Origin: an uncultured bacterium
GTDB taxonomy: Bacteria; Verrucomicrobiota; Kiritimatiellia; RFP12; CAIWXQ01
Assembly (NCBI GenBank): GCA_903861045.1
Contig: CAIOST010000240.1
Span: 1 to 59,916, forward strand
DNA length: 59,916 nt
Direction: 5' to 3'
Shown: positions 19,105-27,550 of the stretch, in pieces
Numbering within the stretch: the stretch's first letter is position 1
Layout: each line of letters begins with the position of its first letter
The notes under the pieces: model-generated
Database searches by the model: none
The model's input: only the letters and a program-made list of their open reading frames with translations
What the model was told of the DNA's origin: nothing
Translations under genes and position numbers: made by a program

Positions 19105-20378
19105 GTTGAAATCTTGGCCGGTGCCATATCCAAATCGGTGTGGGGCACGGAGGCCGACTCACCAGGTAGCGTTGCGACGTAAAACAGGAACAGCAAGGCG
19201 GCCGGATTGATTCGTCCGCCGAGGGGGATTTCGGTTAATGTGACGATAAGGATCGCGGTCATGACCGCGGCGGCCCGGTCTGCCCGCGCACCGTGCCGTG
19301 CGTGCAATTCCGGGTACCGCCGCACCCAACCGCTGCCCGACCACGCCACAGCGGTAAAGCCGATCAGGCCGAGTACGCCGGCGGAGAAGAGATGCTCGAT
19401 CCACGCGCTGTGGCAGTGGGAGGCGAAGAACGCCGGCGAGCTGTCCTGCCAGTTCAGATAGTAGCGGGTCATACCGTGACCACATCCCACTGCCATCATC
19501 TTAAAACTGCCCGACACCATTTGCATCGCCGCGCTCCACACCTCGGTGCGGCCCGTCAGGCTCCGCAGGTGCTCAACTTCCAGACCACGGTTAAACCACA
19601 GTAACACGTCGTTTCCCATACAACTGGCCGCCAGCTCGCAAGCCACACCAAGCGCGACGACCAACCAGAAGGCGCGGGCGGTCGTCCGGGCGCGCCGCAT
19701 GGCGTAGAGGATCAGTGCGGAACCCAGCAGGGCCAACATAACGATGCGAGTGCGAGTCGCCAGCACAACCCCTAACAGCAGCGCGCGCACCATGAACAGA
19801 CCAGCGCCGCGCTCAAACCCGCGCACAACGGGCAGTAGCCAAAAGGCTAGCACAGCGTACAATCCCAACAATGCCGGACTCGTGACATCGCGCCCAAGCC
19901 GCCGCAGCTCCACGTCATGGGCGTCCCCTTGGGCTAGCAAGGAGATAGCCGAATCCTTGACCACGATGATAAGCATGATGATGACCCACATACGCTCCAT
20001 GCTCTCGAGTTGGCGTTTGTCCGAACTTAGCGCTGTCAGACGTACAGTCAACGCGATACCACCAGCCGTAAGCAACCAGTAGGCCAGCGCCGTCTTCTGC
20101 GCCGGGCAGAACACTGCAGAAATAAGCAGCGTTACGATGTAGAAGCGCAACACAGCTTGTGGGCCATCCCGCGAAACTGTCAGCAACATGCGCGCGCCGA
20201 TTAGCAAGCCAACAGCAAAAACCGCGACGCGCACGAATACCAACCAATCCCCACCGGTGGCATCCACCAAGCGATTACGCAGACACGTGCCAGTGAGCAC
20301 GAGCATCGCCCCCCACACGCACAAGGCCAAACGATTGACTCGGCCAATACCAGTAACGCTATTCTCAGTTTCGGTCAT
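19101..20378 (-). CDS. Wzy polymerase / O-antigen ligase family membrane protein
   Basis: Many TMs, TRTR, LTGRTEVW, G.GHG, HCHSAWIEHL..G. Confidence 0.75.
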   Translation of the reverse strand: MTETENSVTGIGRVNRLALCVWGAMLVLTGTCLRNRLVDATGGDWLVFVRVAVFAVGLLIGARMLLTVSRDGPQAVLRFYIVTLLISAVFCPAQKTALAYWLLTAGGIALTVRLTALSSDKRQLESMERMWVIIMLIIVVKDSAISLLAQGDAHDVELRRLGRDVTSPALLGLYAVLAFWLLPVVRGFERGAGLFMVRALLLGVVLATRTRIVMLALLGSALILYAMRRARTTARAFWLVVALGVACELAASCMGNDVLLWFNRGLEVEHLRSLTGRTEVWSAAMQMVSGSFKMMAVGCGHGMTRYYLNWQDSSPAFFASHCHSAWIEHLFSAGVLGLIGFTAVAWSGSGWVRRYPELHARHGARADRAAAVMTAILIVTLTEIPLGGRINPAALLFLFYVATLPGESASVPHTDLDMAPAKIST

Positions 20379-21882
20379 CGCTTCTATCGCCAGCTATCCG
20401 GCGCATCGCTCGCCAGACCACTTCCTTCTCGGCCGGTGCCAGAAAGCGGCTGCGATACAAATAAGCCAGCGCGCCAGCCCCCATCAGGCCGACGGACAGA
20501 ACGAGCATCCAGGCTGGCTGCCGCTCCAACGCAAGGGCCAGCGCAAGCGTCCCGCCGCCGAAGGCCACGCAGATCATGATCCGTTTCCATTCTAGTGGGA
20601 AAGGATAGCTCCGCCGGCCTTCGTGCACGACCCACAGCGCACGCACACCGCTAACCAGGTTGCGTGTCAGAACCGCCCCCGTCACGCCCAGAAAGGGAAT
20701 AACGGCAATATTTAGGCCTATGCAGATCACCATAAAGGTTGTCACAAACCCAGCCAGAGCCCGCGTGCGTTGGGCTGCGGTGAGCAGCGCCTCGCCCACG
20801 TAGAAAACTCCCGTGAACGCCACCGCCGGTAGCAACAGCATCATGATCCGAAAGGCATCGGCGTAGTTCGACGGCGCGATTAGCGGCAGCATGAACTTCC
20901 CGGCCACCACCAAGCCCAGCGCTGCCGCCATAAAAACAAGTAGCAGATAGGTCAGAATCCGGCCGACGGCCCGCTGGCCCTCTGCTTCGTGGATGTGCCC
21001 AAAGACGAAAGGCTCATACGCTATCTGGAAAGGCGACACTACCAGAATGTAGATCACCATCGCGAGCTTATTGCCTAAGGAATAGAGTGCAACGTCCTCC
21101 ATGGAACCCACGTAGCCAAGGATGTACAGTGTCGAAACTTCTGTGATCAAAGAGCCGGACATAGACAGAATCAACGGAAAGCCGAACCAGACTAACTGCT
21201 GAGTCGCTTCGCGCGATATCCGCAAACCTGTGCCAGGCAACAAAAGTCCTGCTAACACCGTCGCTACCAGCCCGTTCGCTGCCAGATTACTGATCAGGAC
21301 ACCCTTGACACCGGCGCTCAGCATAATCACCGCCGCCGCCGTGATGACGATCTGTAGTAAGACACAGGCCAACGTCGCAGCAATGTACTTCAATCCCTGA
21401 TTTGTGGCCCGATAGTGCGAGATTAAGACGAAGAAGATGGATCCGCTCAGCGCCGCAGCGCACGCCAGAAAAACATACACCGCTGCATCGGCGATGTGCA
21501 GCATGGCGGCAAACAACGGGCCCAACGCCAAAACGGCCAAGCCGGTTACCAGTGCACCGGAAACCAAATTTACCAGAACAGCCGACGCCAGCAGCGTCCC
21601 GGACTGTCCGCGATCCGCATAATCCCCGGCAAACCGCAGAATGGCAGTGCGCAGACCGAGATGCATGACGACGAAGATAATCTCCATCGTCGCCTGCATC
21701 GTGGAAAGCAGTCCAAATTCGCAGACACTCAGGTAATGCGTGTAGAGAGGTATCAGCAGGAATGCGCTAGCCCGAACTAAGATAACGCCCACACCGAAAA
21801 TCAGCACGCTTTTTCCGAACGACTTGACGTGGTTGCGTGCCGTACGGAAATCTGGCACTGTGGTACATGCTGGGTTGATCAT
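20365..21882 (-). CDS. wzx: Wzx-type oligosaccharide flippase
   Basis: FLLIPLYTHYLS..EFG, FGFPLI, VALYSLG; 12-14 TMs; start could be slightly downstream. Confidence 0.8.
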   Translation of the reverse strand: MINPACTTVPDFRTARNHVKSFGKSVLIFGVGVILVRASAFLLIPLYTHYLSVCEFGLLSTMQATMEIIFVVMHLGLRTAILRFAGDYADRGQSGTLLASAVLVNLVSGALVTGLAVLALGPLFAAMLHIADAAVYVFLACAAALSGSIFFVLISHYRATNQGLKYIAATLACVLLQIVITAAAVIMLSAGVKGVLISNLAANGLVATVLAGLLLPGTGLRISREATQQLVWFGFPLILSMSGSLITEVSTLYILGYVGSMEDVALYSLGNKLAMVIYILVVSPFQIAYEPFVFGHIHEAEGQRAVGRILTYLLLVFMAAALGLVVAGKFMLPLIAPSNYADAFRIMMLLLPAVAFTGVFYVGEALLTAAQRTRALAGFVTTFMVICIGLNIAVIPFLGVTGAVLTRNLVSGVRALWVVHEGRRSYPFPLEWKRIMICVAFGGGTLALALALERQPAWMLVLSVGLMGAGALAYLYRSRFLAPAEKEVVWRAMRRIAGDRSDDRN

Positions 21883-22010
21883 GGGGGGCGCGGAACCGGG
21901 ACAGCATAGCCGAACAAACTGCTGTTGAGCGCGTCGTATGGGTCATAACCAGACCAGTCCTGCTGGCGACAATAGTCCAGCAGCGCTTGCGTGATCTGGG
22001 TAACGTTCAT
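21879..22010 (-). pseudogene. 43-aa remnant: N-terminus of a GYDPYD-motif protein seen in EPS loci
   Basis: MNVTQITQALLDYCRQQDWSGYDPYDALNSSLFGYAVPVPRPP*; absent from ORF track; stop overlaps wzx start (ATGA). Confidence 0.6.
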
Positions 22011-22029
22011 GGTTAAGGCTTGGCGACAC

Positions 22030-23172
22030 TCAATGCGTAAGGGCCACAATCTGTTCGGTCAAGCGGTTCAGGGTCGTCAGGGTCGTCAGGGGGACGCCCT
22101 CCGCCAGCTTCCGACACTCGACCTTGATTTTCGTGGCCACATCGCCCAGGCTTTGTAGCAAGACCAGCCGTCCGGTCTCCGCCAAATGCCGGTCCACAGC
22201 GCCCATTTTGCCCCGGAAGATGCTGTAGACCGGCACCCCCAGGGCAGCGGCTTCGCGATTCATGGTGCCGCCACCGCTGACCACCAGGTCGGCATGCCAG
22301 AGCAGATTCAGACCCTCAATGGCGCTCTTGGGAATCACAGTTTTATGGTGTGTAAAGAAATGCGGCCACTTGGCCTGGAGGTCGTCGCTCTGCCGGTTGT
22401 TGCGGGGCAACAACACGATGCGCACGCCGGGGGCCGCATGCAGCTTCTGCATCACGGCGTCCAGCAGCAACTCACTCTCCGGGTTGTGATAATGGGCTTC
22501 CGTGGCGGGCGGCCGCACGACCGCTAGCAGGGCCGCGCCGCGCACCCCCAATTCATCGAGGATCGCCGAATCAGGCCGAAAATCATGCACGTACACGTCT
22601 TCCTTGATCCCCGGATACTTGAGAATGCGACGTTTGTCGCCCTCGACGGCCGCGTCGGGAATCACATCCGGCAAGATGCGCCAGGTGGGATGCATCAGCG
22701 GCGGGAATCGGGCGTATTCGTAGTCCGCGATCAGCACCGAGGGAATTCCCAGGATGTTGGACAGTATGAACTGCGCACGTGAGCCGTGCGAGACGGCTAG
22801 CATCGGCCGACGCGTGCGAATCGCACCATAGAGCTGAAAGGCCCGGTAGAAGAGCCCGAGCACTTTCATGAGGCGATTGCGGCCGTGATGCCGGCCAACT
22901 TGGGTGCAGGCCACCCCCAAGCGCCTGGCCAGATCGCAGACCTGAAAGGCATCGCGCGCCGTCACAATCACCTCGAAGCCGCGCGCACGCAGTTCGCGGA
23001 TGATCGGCCGGAAAAAAGGCACATGCGGCGTGTTGTCGAGGTCGATCCAGATGGTCTTGCGCGGCGCCCGTGCCGGCGCAGATGGCCCGGCCAGACTGGC
23101 TTTCGAACATCTTTGTCCGCCGCCAGGGACTACACGAGTTCTGGCACTTTTGTTAGCGTTTTGAGAAATCAT
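22030..23172 (-). CDS. DUF354 family GT-B-like protein
   Basis: IWIDLDNTPHVPFF, YPGIKE, RPPATEAHY, SGGGTMNREAAALG. Confidence 0.82.
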   Translation of the reverse strand: MISQNANKSARTRVVPGGGQRCSKASLAGPSAPARAPRKTIWIDLDNTPHVPFFRPIIRELRARGFEVIVTARDAFQVCDLARRLGVACTQVGRHHGRNRLMKVLGLFYRAFQLYGAIRTRRPMLAVSHGSRAQFILSNILGIPSVLIADYEYARFPPLMHPTWRILPDVIPDAAVEGDKRRILKYPGIKEDVYVHDFRPDSAILDELGVRGAALLAVVRPPATEAHYHNPESELLLDAVMQKLHAAPGVRIVLLPRNNRQSDDLQAKWPHFFTHHKTVIPKSAIEGLNLLWHADLVVSGGGTMNREAAALGVPVYSIFRGKMGAVDRHLAETGRLVLLQSLGDVATKIKVECRKLAEGVPLTTLTTLNRLTEQIVALTH

Positions 23173-23200
23173 AGTCCCACCAGGCAGGTCCTTACGCCCT

Positions 23201-25288
23201 TCAAGGTATCGTGACAGATCGCAAATGCGTGGGCGGATTGGGGGGGCGCGTCGCATAGAGATAGGTCGCGCCGATGGCCGGCTTAACGCCCGACCAAGGG
23301 AACCACACGCCTGCCCCATCGGCCCAGGTTTTGGCCGCCGTTACACGAAGCTGCGTGGCAGAGTTCACGGAGGCTACGATCGCGGTCCCGCCCTCAGCCA
23401 GGGCAATCACATCGCCAGGCAGAAACACCCGGCGGGCGTCCAGCCCGGATACGACGGGCACCAGATTCAGGATGGTAGCGGCATTGCCTGCCCCGGCAGC
23501 CCGGAAGGGGAAGGCACCGGCATTGATGCACGGCGAGGTGGGCTGGAGCTGCAGATTACTTAGCAACCAACTATCCTGCACGGAAACCAGCAGTGGATTC
23601 GTAGCCAGACAACTGATACCGAGCCAGCCATTGGCGCCCGTGGTGATATCAGATGCCGTATAGGCCGTTGTCTTTTGCTGAATCACCACCCCGCTGCGAC
23701 TGGAGGAAAACAGGGAGTTGATATAGTGGACCTGATAGGCCAGGCCGGCGTAATCACTCTCAATCAGGACGCTATTGCCGGTATCCGCATGACTGAGGCA
23801 GTTAATGAGATACTGGTGGTAGTTACCAGCAGGAATGGCACCGGTCACGGACGATAACTGCCCATTCCATAAGAAACCGTACCCATAATCGGCCCCCTTC
23901 CCGCTGGTACAATTTATCCAGAAATTGGTGCCCCGCGTCCCCTGGTAGACATGAAAATTGCCATCCCCCCGCGCAGCAATGGTTGTTTTCCAGCCGATGC
24001 AGCCGATGAAGTACACATCATGTGCCCCTGAATTGAGATCCAGATTATCCTTGTAGTTATTGTAACTGAGGCAATTCCGGACGGTAATGCCATACATATC
24101 ATCGCGGCTTTTGTAATCGCCATCCCGCGACAAATCCACCCCCTGCTCCCCGTTATCATGCGTATCGCAGTTTAGGACCCAGATATCTCGACCACCGCCC
24201 ACGTGAATGCCATCCGCGCCCGTAGGCGCATCACTGGCCACACAATTGCGGATATAACTATTCTCGGCATATCCCATATATATATTGGCAGCCGTGTCGT
24301 CTTGCAGATGGGTGACATGCGCAAATAGAGAATCCAGGACCACGCCCCCGATGTAGGTCGGGGTGCCCTTATCCAGCGATTGCACCATCACATTGGCACG
24401 TGCGGAATTGTAGATTTCCATGTTTTTAAGCTGGCTACCGTTGAAGCCGGCGTCTTTCACGGTAATGCCGTTAAAACTTGAATTTTGCACCAGAATGCCA
24501 TTCGTGATCGCACCATCGAAGACGATACAGTCCACCGACTCGATGGCAATCATCCCGTAATAGGAGGGCACCACCACGTTGGTAGCATCGATGACAACCT
24601 GCCCGGTTCCCCAAGAGAGGTCGCGCTGAATCGTAATGGGTTGCGGCACGGTTCCATTGGCATAGAACGCGGATGATATCCAGATCCGACCCAGGGCCGG
24701 CGCCCCCAAACGGGTGCCGCTCTTGAGTTTAAAGATCGTCCCGGCTTTCACTTTGGCGGTATTGAGCTGCACCGCCCCTGTGCCATAGCTCGTGGACTGC
24801 CAATCGGAATTCGCCACATTACGCGTGCCCGGCAGCGTCTTCCAGGCCGTTGCCTGGGTGGTCCCTGCCGCGGCATCGTTGCCATAATCAAAATCAATAT
24901 AGTAGGTGACCGCACTCGTACCGGGCGGCAAAGATTCTTGCCATGCCAGTTCGACGGAATTGGAGCTTTCATACAAAGCGGTATTATAGGCACGCACCGC
25001 AAAGTAATAGGTCTTACCAGCCGTCAGACTGGTTACGCTGCTAGTGGCCGTGTTACCGACATTCGTGATCGAGGTATAGACGCCGCTATTCGTACCCCAA
25101 ACAATTTTGTAACCGGCCAAGTCGGTTAGGGCCGTGCCGTCTGTGTTATTGGTCGGCGGGTCCCAGGCCAGCCGAACCTCAGCGGCTTGCGACAGCCCGC
25201 CTCCAACACCCGCCAGCATGGCCAGGCTAAGCCAAGCGGCCCTGCGTACGCCGAGCAACCCCTGCGCAGTAAACAACGTAGTATTCAT
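23201..25288 (-). CDS. secreted Fn3 + right-handed beta-helix protein
   Basis: GGAGG RBS, signal peptide, Fn3 (VRLAWDPP...YYFAVRAYN), YYIDFDYGND..GT..AWKT, beta-helix, LQPTSPCINAG; ends PPNPPTHLRSVTIP. Confidence 0.8.
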   Translation of the reverse strand: MNTTLFTAQGLLGVRRAAWLSLAMLAGVGGGLSQAAEVRLAWDPPTNNTDGTALTDLAGYKIVWGTNSGVYTSITNVGNTATSSVTSLTAGKTYYFAVRAYNTALYESSNSVELAWQESLPPGTSAVTYYIDFDYGNDAAAGTTQATAWKTLPGTRNVANSDWQSTSYGTGAVQLNTAKVKAGTIFKLKSGTRLGAPALGRIWISSAFYANGTVPQPITIQRDLSWGTGQVVIDATNVVVPSYYGMIAIESVDCIVFDGAITNGILVQNSSFNGITVKDAGFNGSQLKNMEIYNSARANVMVQSLDKGTPTYIGGVVLDSLFAHVTHLQDDTAANIYMGYAENSYIRNCVASDAPTGADGIHVGGGRDIWVLNCDTHDNGEQGVDLSRDGDYKSRDDMYGITVRNCLSYNNYKDNLDLNSGAHDVYFIGCIGWKTTIAARGDGNFHVYQGTRGTNFWINCTSGKGADYGYGFLWNGQLSSVTGAIPAGNYHQYLINCLSHADTGNSVLIESDYAGLAYQVHYINSLFSSSRSGVVIQQKTTAYTASDITTGANGWLGISCLATNPLLVSVQDSWLLSNLQLQPTSPCINAGAFPFRAAGAGNAATILNLVPVVSGLDARRVFLPGDVIALAEGGTAIVASVNSATQLRVTAAKTWADGAGVWFPWSGVKPAIGATYLYATRPPNPPTHLRSVTIP

Positions 25289-25373
25289 AAACACCTCCTC
25301 TTGCTTTCGTTTTAACGTAGCGAACCGGCCTGTCCAACACCGACCCCATGCCCCCACCCACGATCGCTATGCC

Positions 25374-27005
25374 CTATCCGGCACGCACGGCGTCCTTCAA
25401 CCGTTTGATATGGCCGCGCCCCATGCCTTTGACCTCGCAGCCCAATTCAAGGTATTGGCTGATCATCGCGTCGGTCAGGATCCCGTGGCAATCAATCACC
25501 GCCAGCGGGCCGCCGGCCCAGCGTACAATCTCGGCCGGGGCGAGCTGCAGATATTCCTGGTGTCGCACCGCGAAGATGACCGCCTCCACCCCTTGCAGCG
25601 CGTGCGCCAGATCCTTCTCCACGCGGATATGGGTCAGTTCCTTCTGGTTGCGGAAGAAGAGGGCCCGCGAATGGCCCGGTTCGGGATACTCGTCTTGATT
25701 TTCGAGCTCGTGCCAGTGATCCACATACGGATCATGTACGTGGATTTCTGCGCCCATTTCGGTCAGTTTGCGCGCGACCATTTCCGAGCCGCTATAGCGG
25801 GTGTCGCCGACATCCTCCCGGTAGCTGGCCCCACACAGGAGAATCTTCGCGCCGGCGATATATTTACTCATGTTTCGCAGCGCGTCGCGGGTAAGTTCCG
25901 CGGCATGCAGCGCCCGCGTGTCGTTGATATCAATGGCTAGGGGGGTGATTTTGAAGATCTGGTCTTCAAAACCGAGGATGTGCTTGTAGGCCCAGCAGCC
26001 GAGCCCCCCGTCCTTCGGCAGGCAGTATCCGCCAATGCCCGGCCCGGGGAAGATCATGTTGCTATGCGTGGGGCGCATTTTGATGGCATTTATGACCTTA
26101 ATCAGGTCCACCCCGTTGCGTTCGGCAAAGAGGCTCCACTCATCCATGTACGCAAGGATCGTGGCGCGATAGGAGTTTTCCACAATCTTGGTGGTTTCCG
26201 ACTCGATCGGGCGATCCATGACCGTCAGCGGGAACTCCTCGGTATTCAGCACCTCCTTTAGAAATTTGACCACGCGTTCCCGCGCGGCCGGCGTGCAACC
26301 GGCACAGACGCGCCAGAAATCCCGGATCGAGGAGACGTAATGACGTCCCGGCATGACGCGTTCGAAGCTGTGCGCGAGGAGCGGCACCGATGCGAGGCCG
26401 CGCTTGGCAAAGGTCTTCTTAAGGATCGGCATGGCCACGAACTCCGTGGTGCCGGGGGCCACGGTGGTTTCGATCAAGACCAGGCATTCCGGCGTCATGC
26501 GCTCGCCGATCGTGCGCAGCGTGGCCTCCAGCGCTGCCATTTCTGCCTCACCTTCACTCACATTGCCCAGTTCATGCTTGGTGTAGTCACACTGCACGTC
26601 CACGACTACACAATCAGCCAGTTTCAGGCAGTCACTGTTATACGTGGCGATCAGCGTCTGCTTATCTCGCACGCAGCGTGCGATCATGGCATCCACCTCG
26701 GGGTCCTCGGCCTTCACCGGCGACTCCCCCCGGCTTAACAGCGGAATTTTCCAGTAACTGCGTGGACTGGGGCGTTGGCACCCGATCACGAACTTGCCTG
26801 GCTGCCCGGTCTGCTTGTCCACAGTGTCGGCGATAATCGCTGCCATAACAGCGCCGACAAAGCCGACGCCCATGACCACGACAATCTCCTTGCCTTCCCT
26901 GCGCGCCTGCGCCACGGCCTGCTCAACGCGTTGCAACTCCGCGCCATACGCCTCCTTGGCCGGAATCGCAAACTTCTCCCCCATCGGTCCGACTGAGTAA
27001 TCCAT
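25374..27005 (-). CDS. nucleotide-sugar dehydrogenase (UDP-glucose/GDP-mannose dehydrogenase family)
   Basis: GVGFVG, ETTVAPGTT, ERVMPG, KIVENSYR, GPGIGGYCLPKD, DTRYS; start moved to MDYSVGP. Confidence 0.88.
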   Translation of the reverse strand: MDYSVGPMGEKFAIPAKEAYGAELQRVEQAVAQARREGKEIVVVMGVGFVGAVMAAIIADTVDKQTGQPGKFVIGCQRPSPRSYWKIPLLSRGESPVKAEDPEVDAMIARCVRDKQTLIATYNSDCLKLADCVVVDVQCDYTKHELGNVSEGEAEMAALEATLRTIGERMTPECLVLIETTVAPGTTEFVAMPILKKTFAKRGLASVPLLAHSFERVMPGRHYVSSIRDFWRVCAGCTPAARERVVKFLKEVLNTEEFPLTVMDRPIESETTKIVENSYRATILAYMDEWSLFAERNGVDLIKVINAIKMRPTHSNMIFPGPGIGGYCLPKDGGLGCWAYKHILGFEDQIFKITPLAIDINDTRALHAAELTRDALRNMSKYIAGAKILLCGASYREDVGDTRYSGSEMVARKLTEMGAEIHVHDPYVDHWHELENQDEYPEPGHSRALFFRNQKELTHIRVEKDLAHALQGVEAVIFAVRHQEYLQLAPAEIVRWAGGPLAVIDCHGILTDAMISQYLELGCEVKGMGRGHIKRLKDAVRAG

Positions 27006-27163
27006 CCTACCCCCCTTGTTGTTATTGGTTACCATGGACTGAGAAAGCGACGTCGTCTGCCATTTTGGAAAATTAGCGGCCCGCGCCTGGCACATGGCAC
27101 GGTTCGCATACGGGATGTACCGCCTCGCGCACGGGACAAGCCCGCCGATGTGGACGGCGGCGT

Positions 27164-27462
27164 GAAAGTGTAGTGAAAGTGGCCTTTTGAAAAGGCGCCA
27201 TGATGCGCTCGTATAATGCGGCGAATGGGACGGATGGCGCAAAATACACGCATTACTAGGAGCGGTGAAGCCTTCTTTTTGGGACAGAATTAACAGGATT
27301 TTGCAGGATGGTGGCGTGAGCCATCCTGTTTAAATCTTGTTAATCCTGTCTGAAATTGGCTGCGTTATGCGCGATAGGGGGGTGATAGGAGATACAAGCT
27401 TTTGGCAGGGCCACCGCGTAGAAGATCCTACCATTTCAAACCGCCACTTTCACTACACTTTC
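27164..27462. repeat. 299-bp segment bounded by 32-bp inverted repeats (candidate inverton or MITE)
   Basis: 27164-27195 GAAAGTGTAGTGAAAGTGGCcttttgaaaagg versus reverse complement of 27431-27462; outer 20 bp perfect, 29/32 overall. Confidence 0.85.
27283..27350. repeat. imperfect palindrome built from 9-bp periodic units (REP-like)
   Basis: gacagaattaacaggattttgcaggatgg ... ccatcctgtttaaatcttgttaatcctgtc. Confidence 0.8.
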
Positions 27463-27550
27463 GCTTTGGCGTCCACTGCCGATTACTTCTTCCCAAAGCA
27501 AACCCCAACCTAAACCCACCCACGGTGGCAGGGCCTGTAAGCCCTTCCCT

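Noticed and set aside
27006-27242. 79-aa N-terminal extension of the dehydrogenase in the ORF track
   Set aside because: Overlaps the inverted-repeat segment; a purine-rich RBS supports ATG 27005
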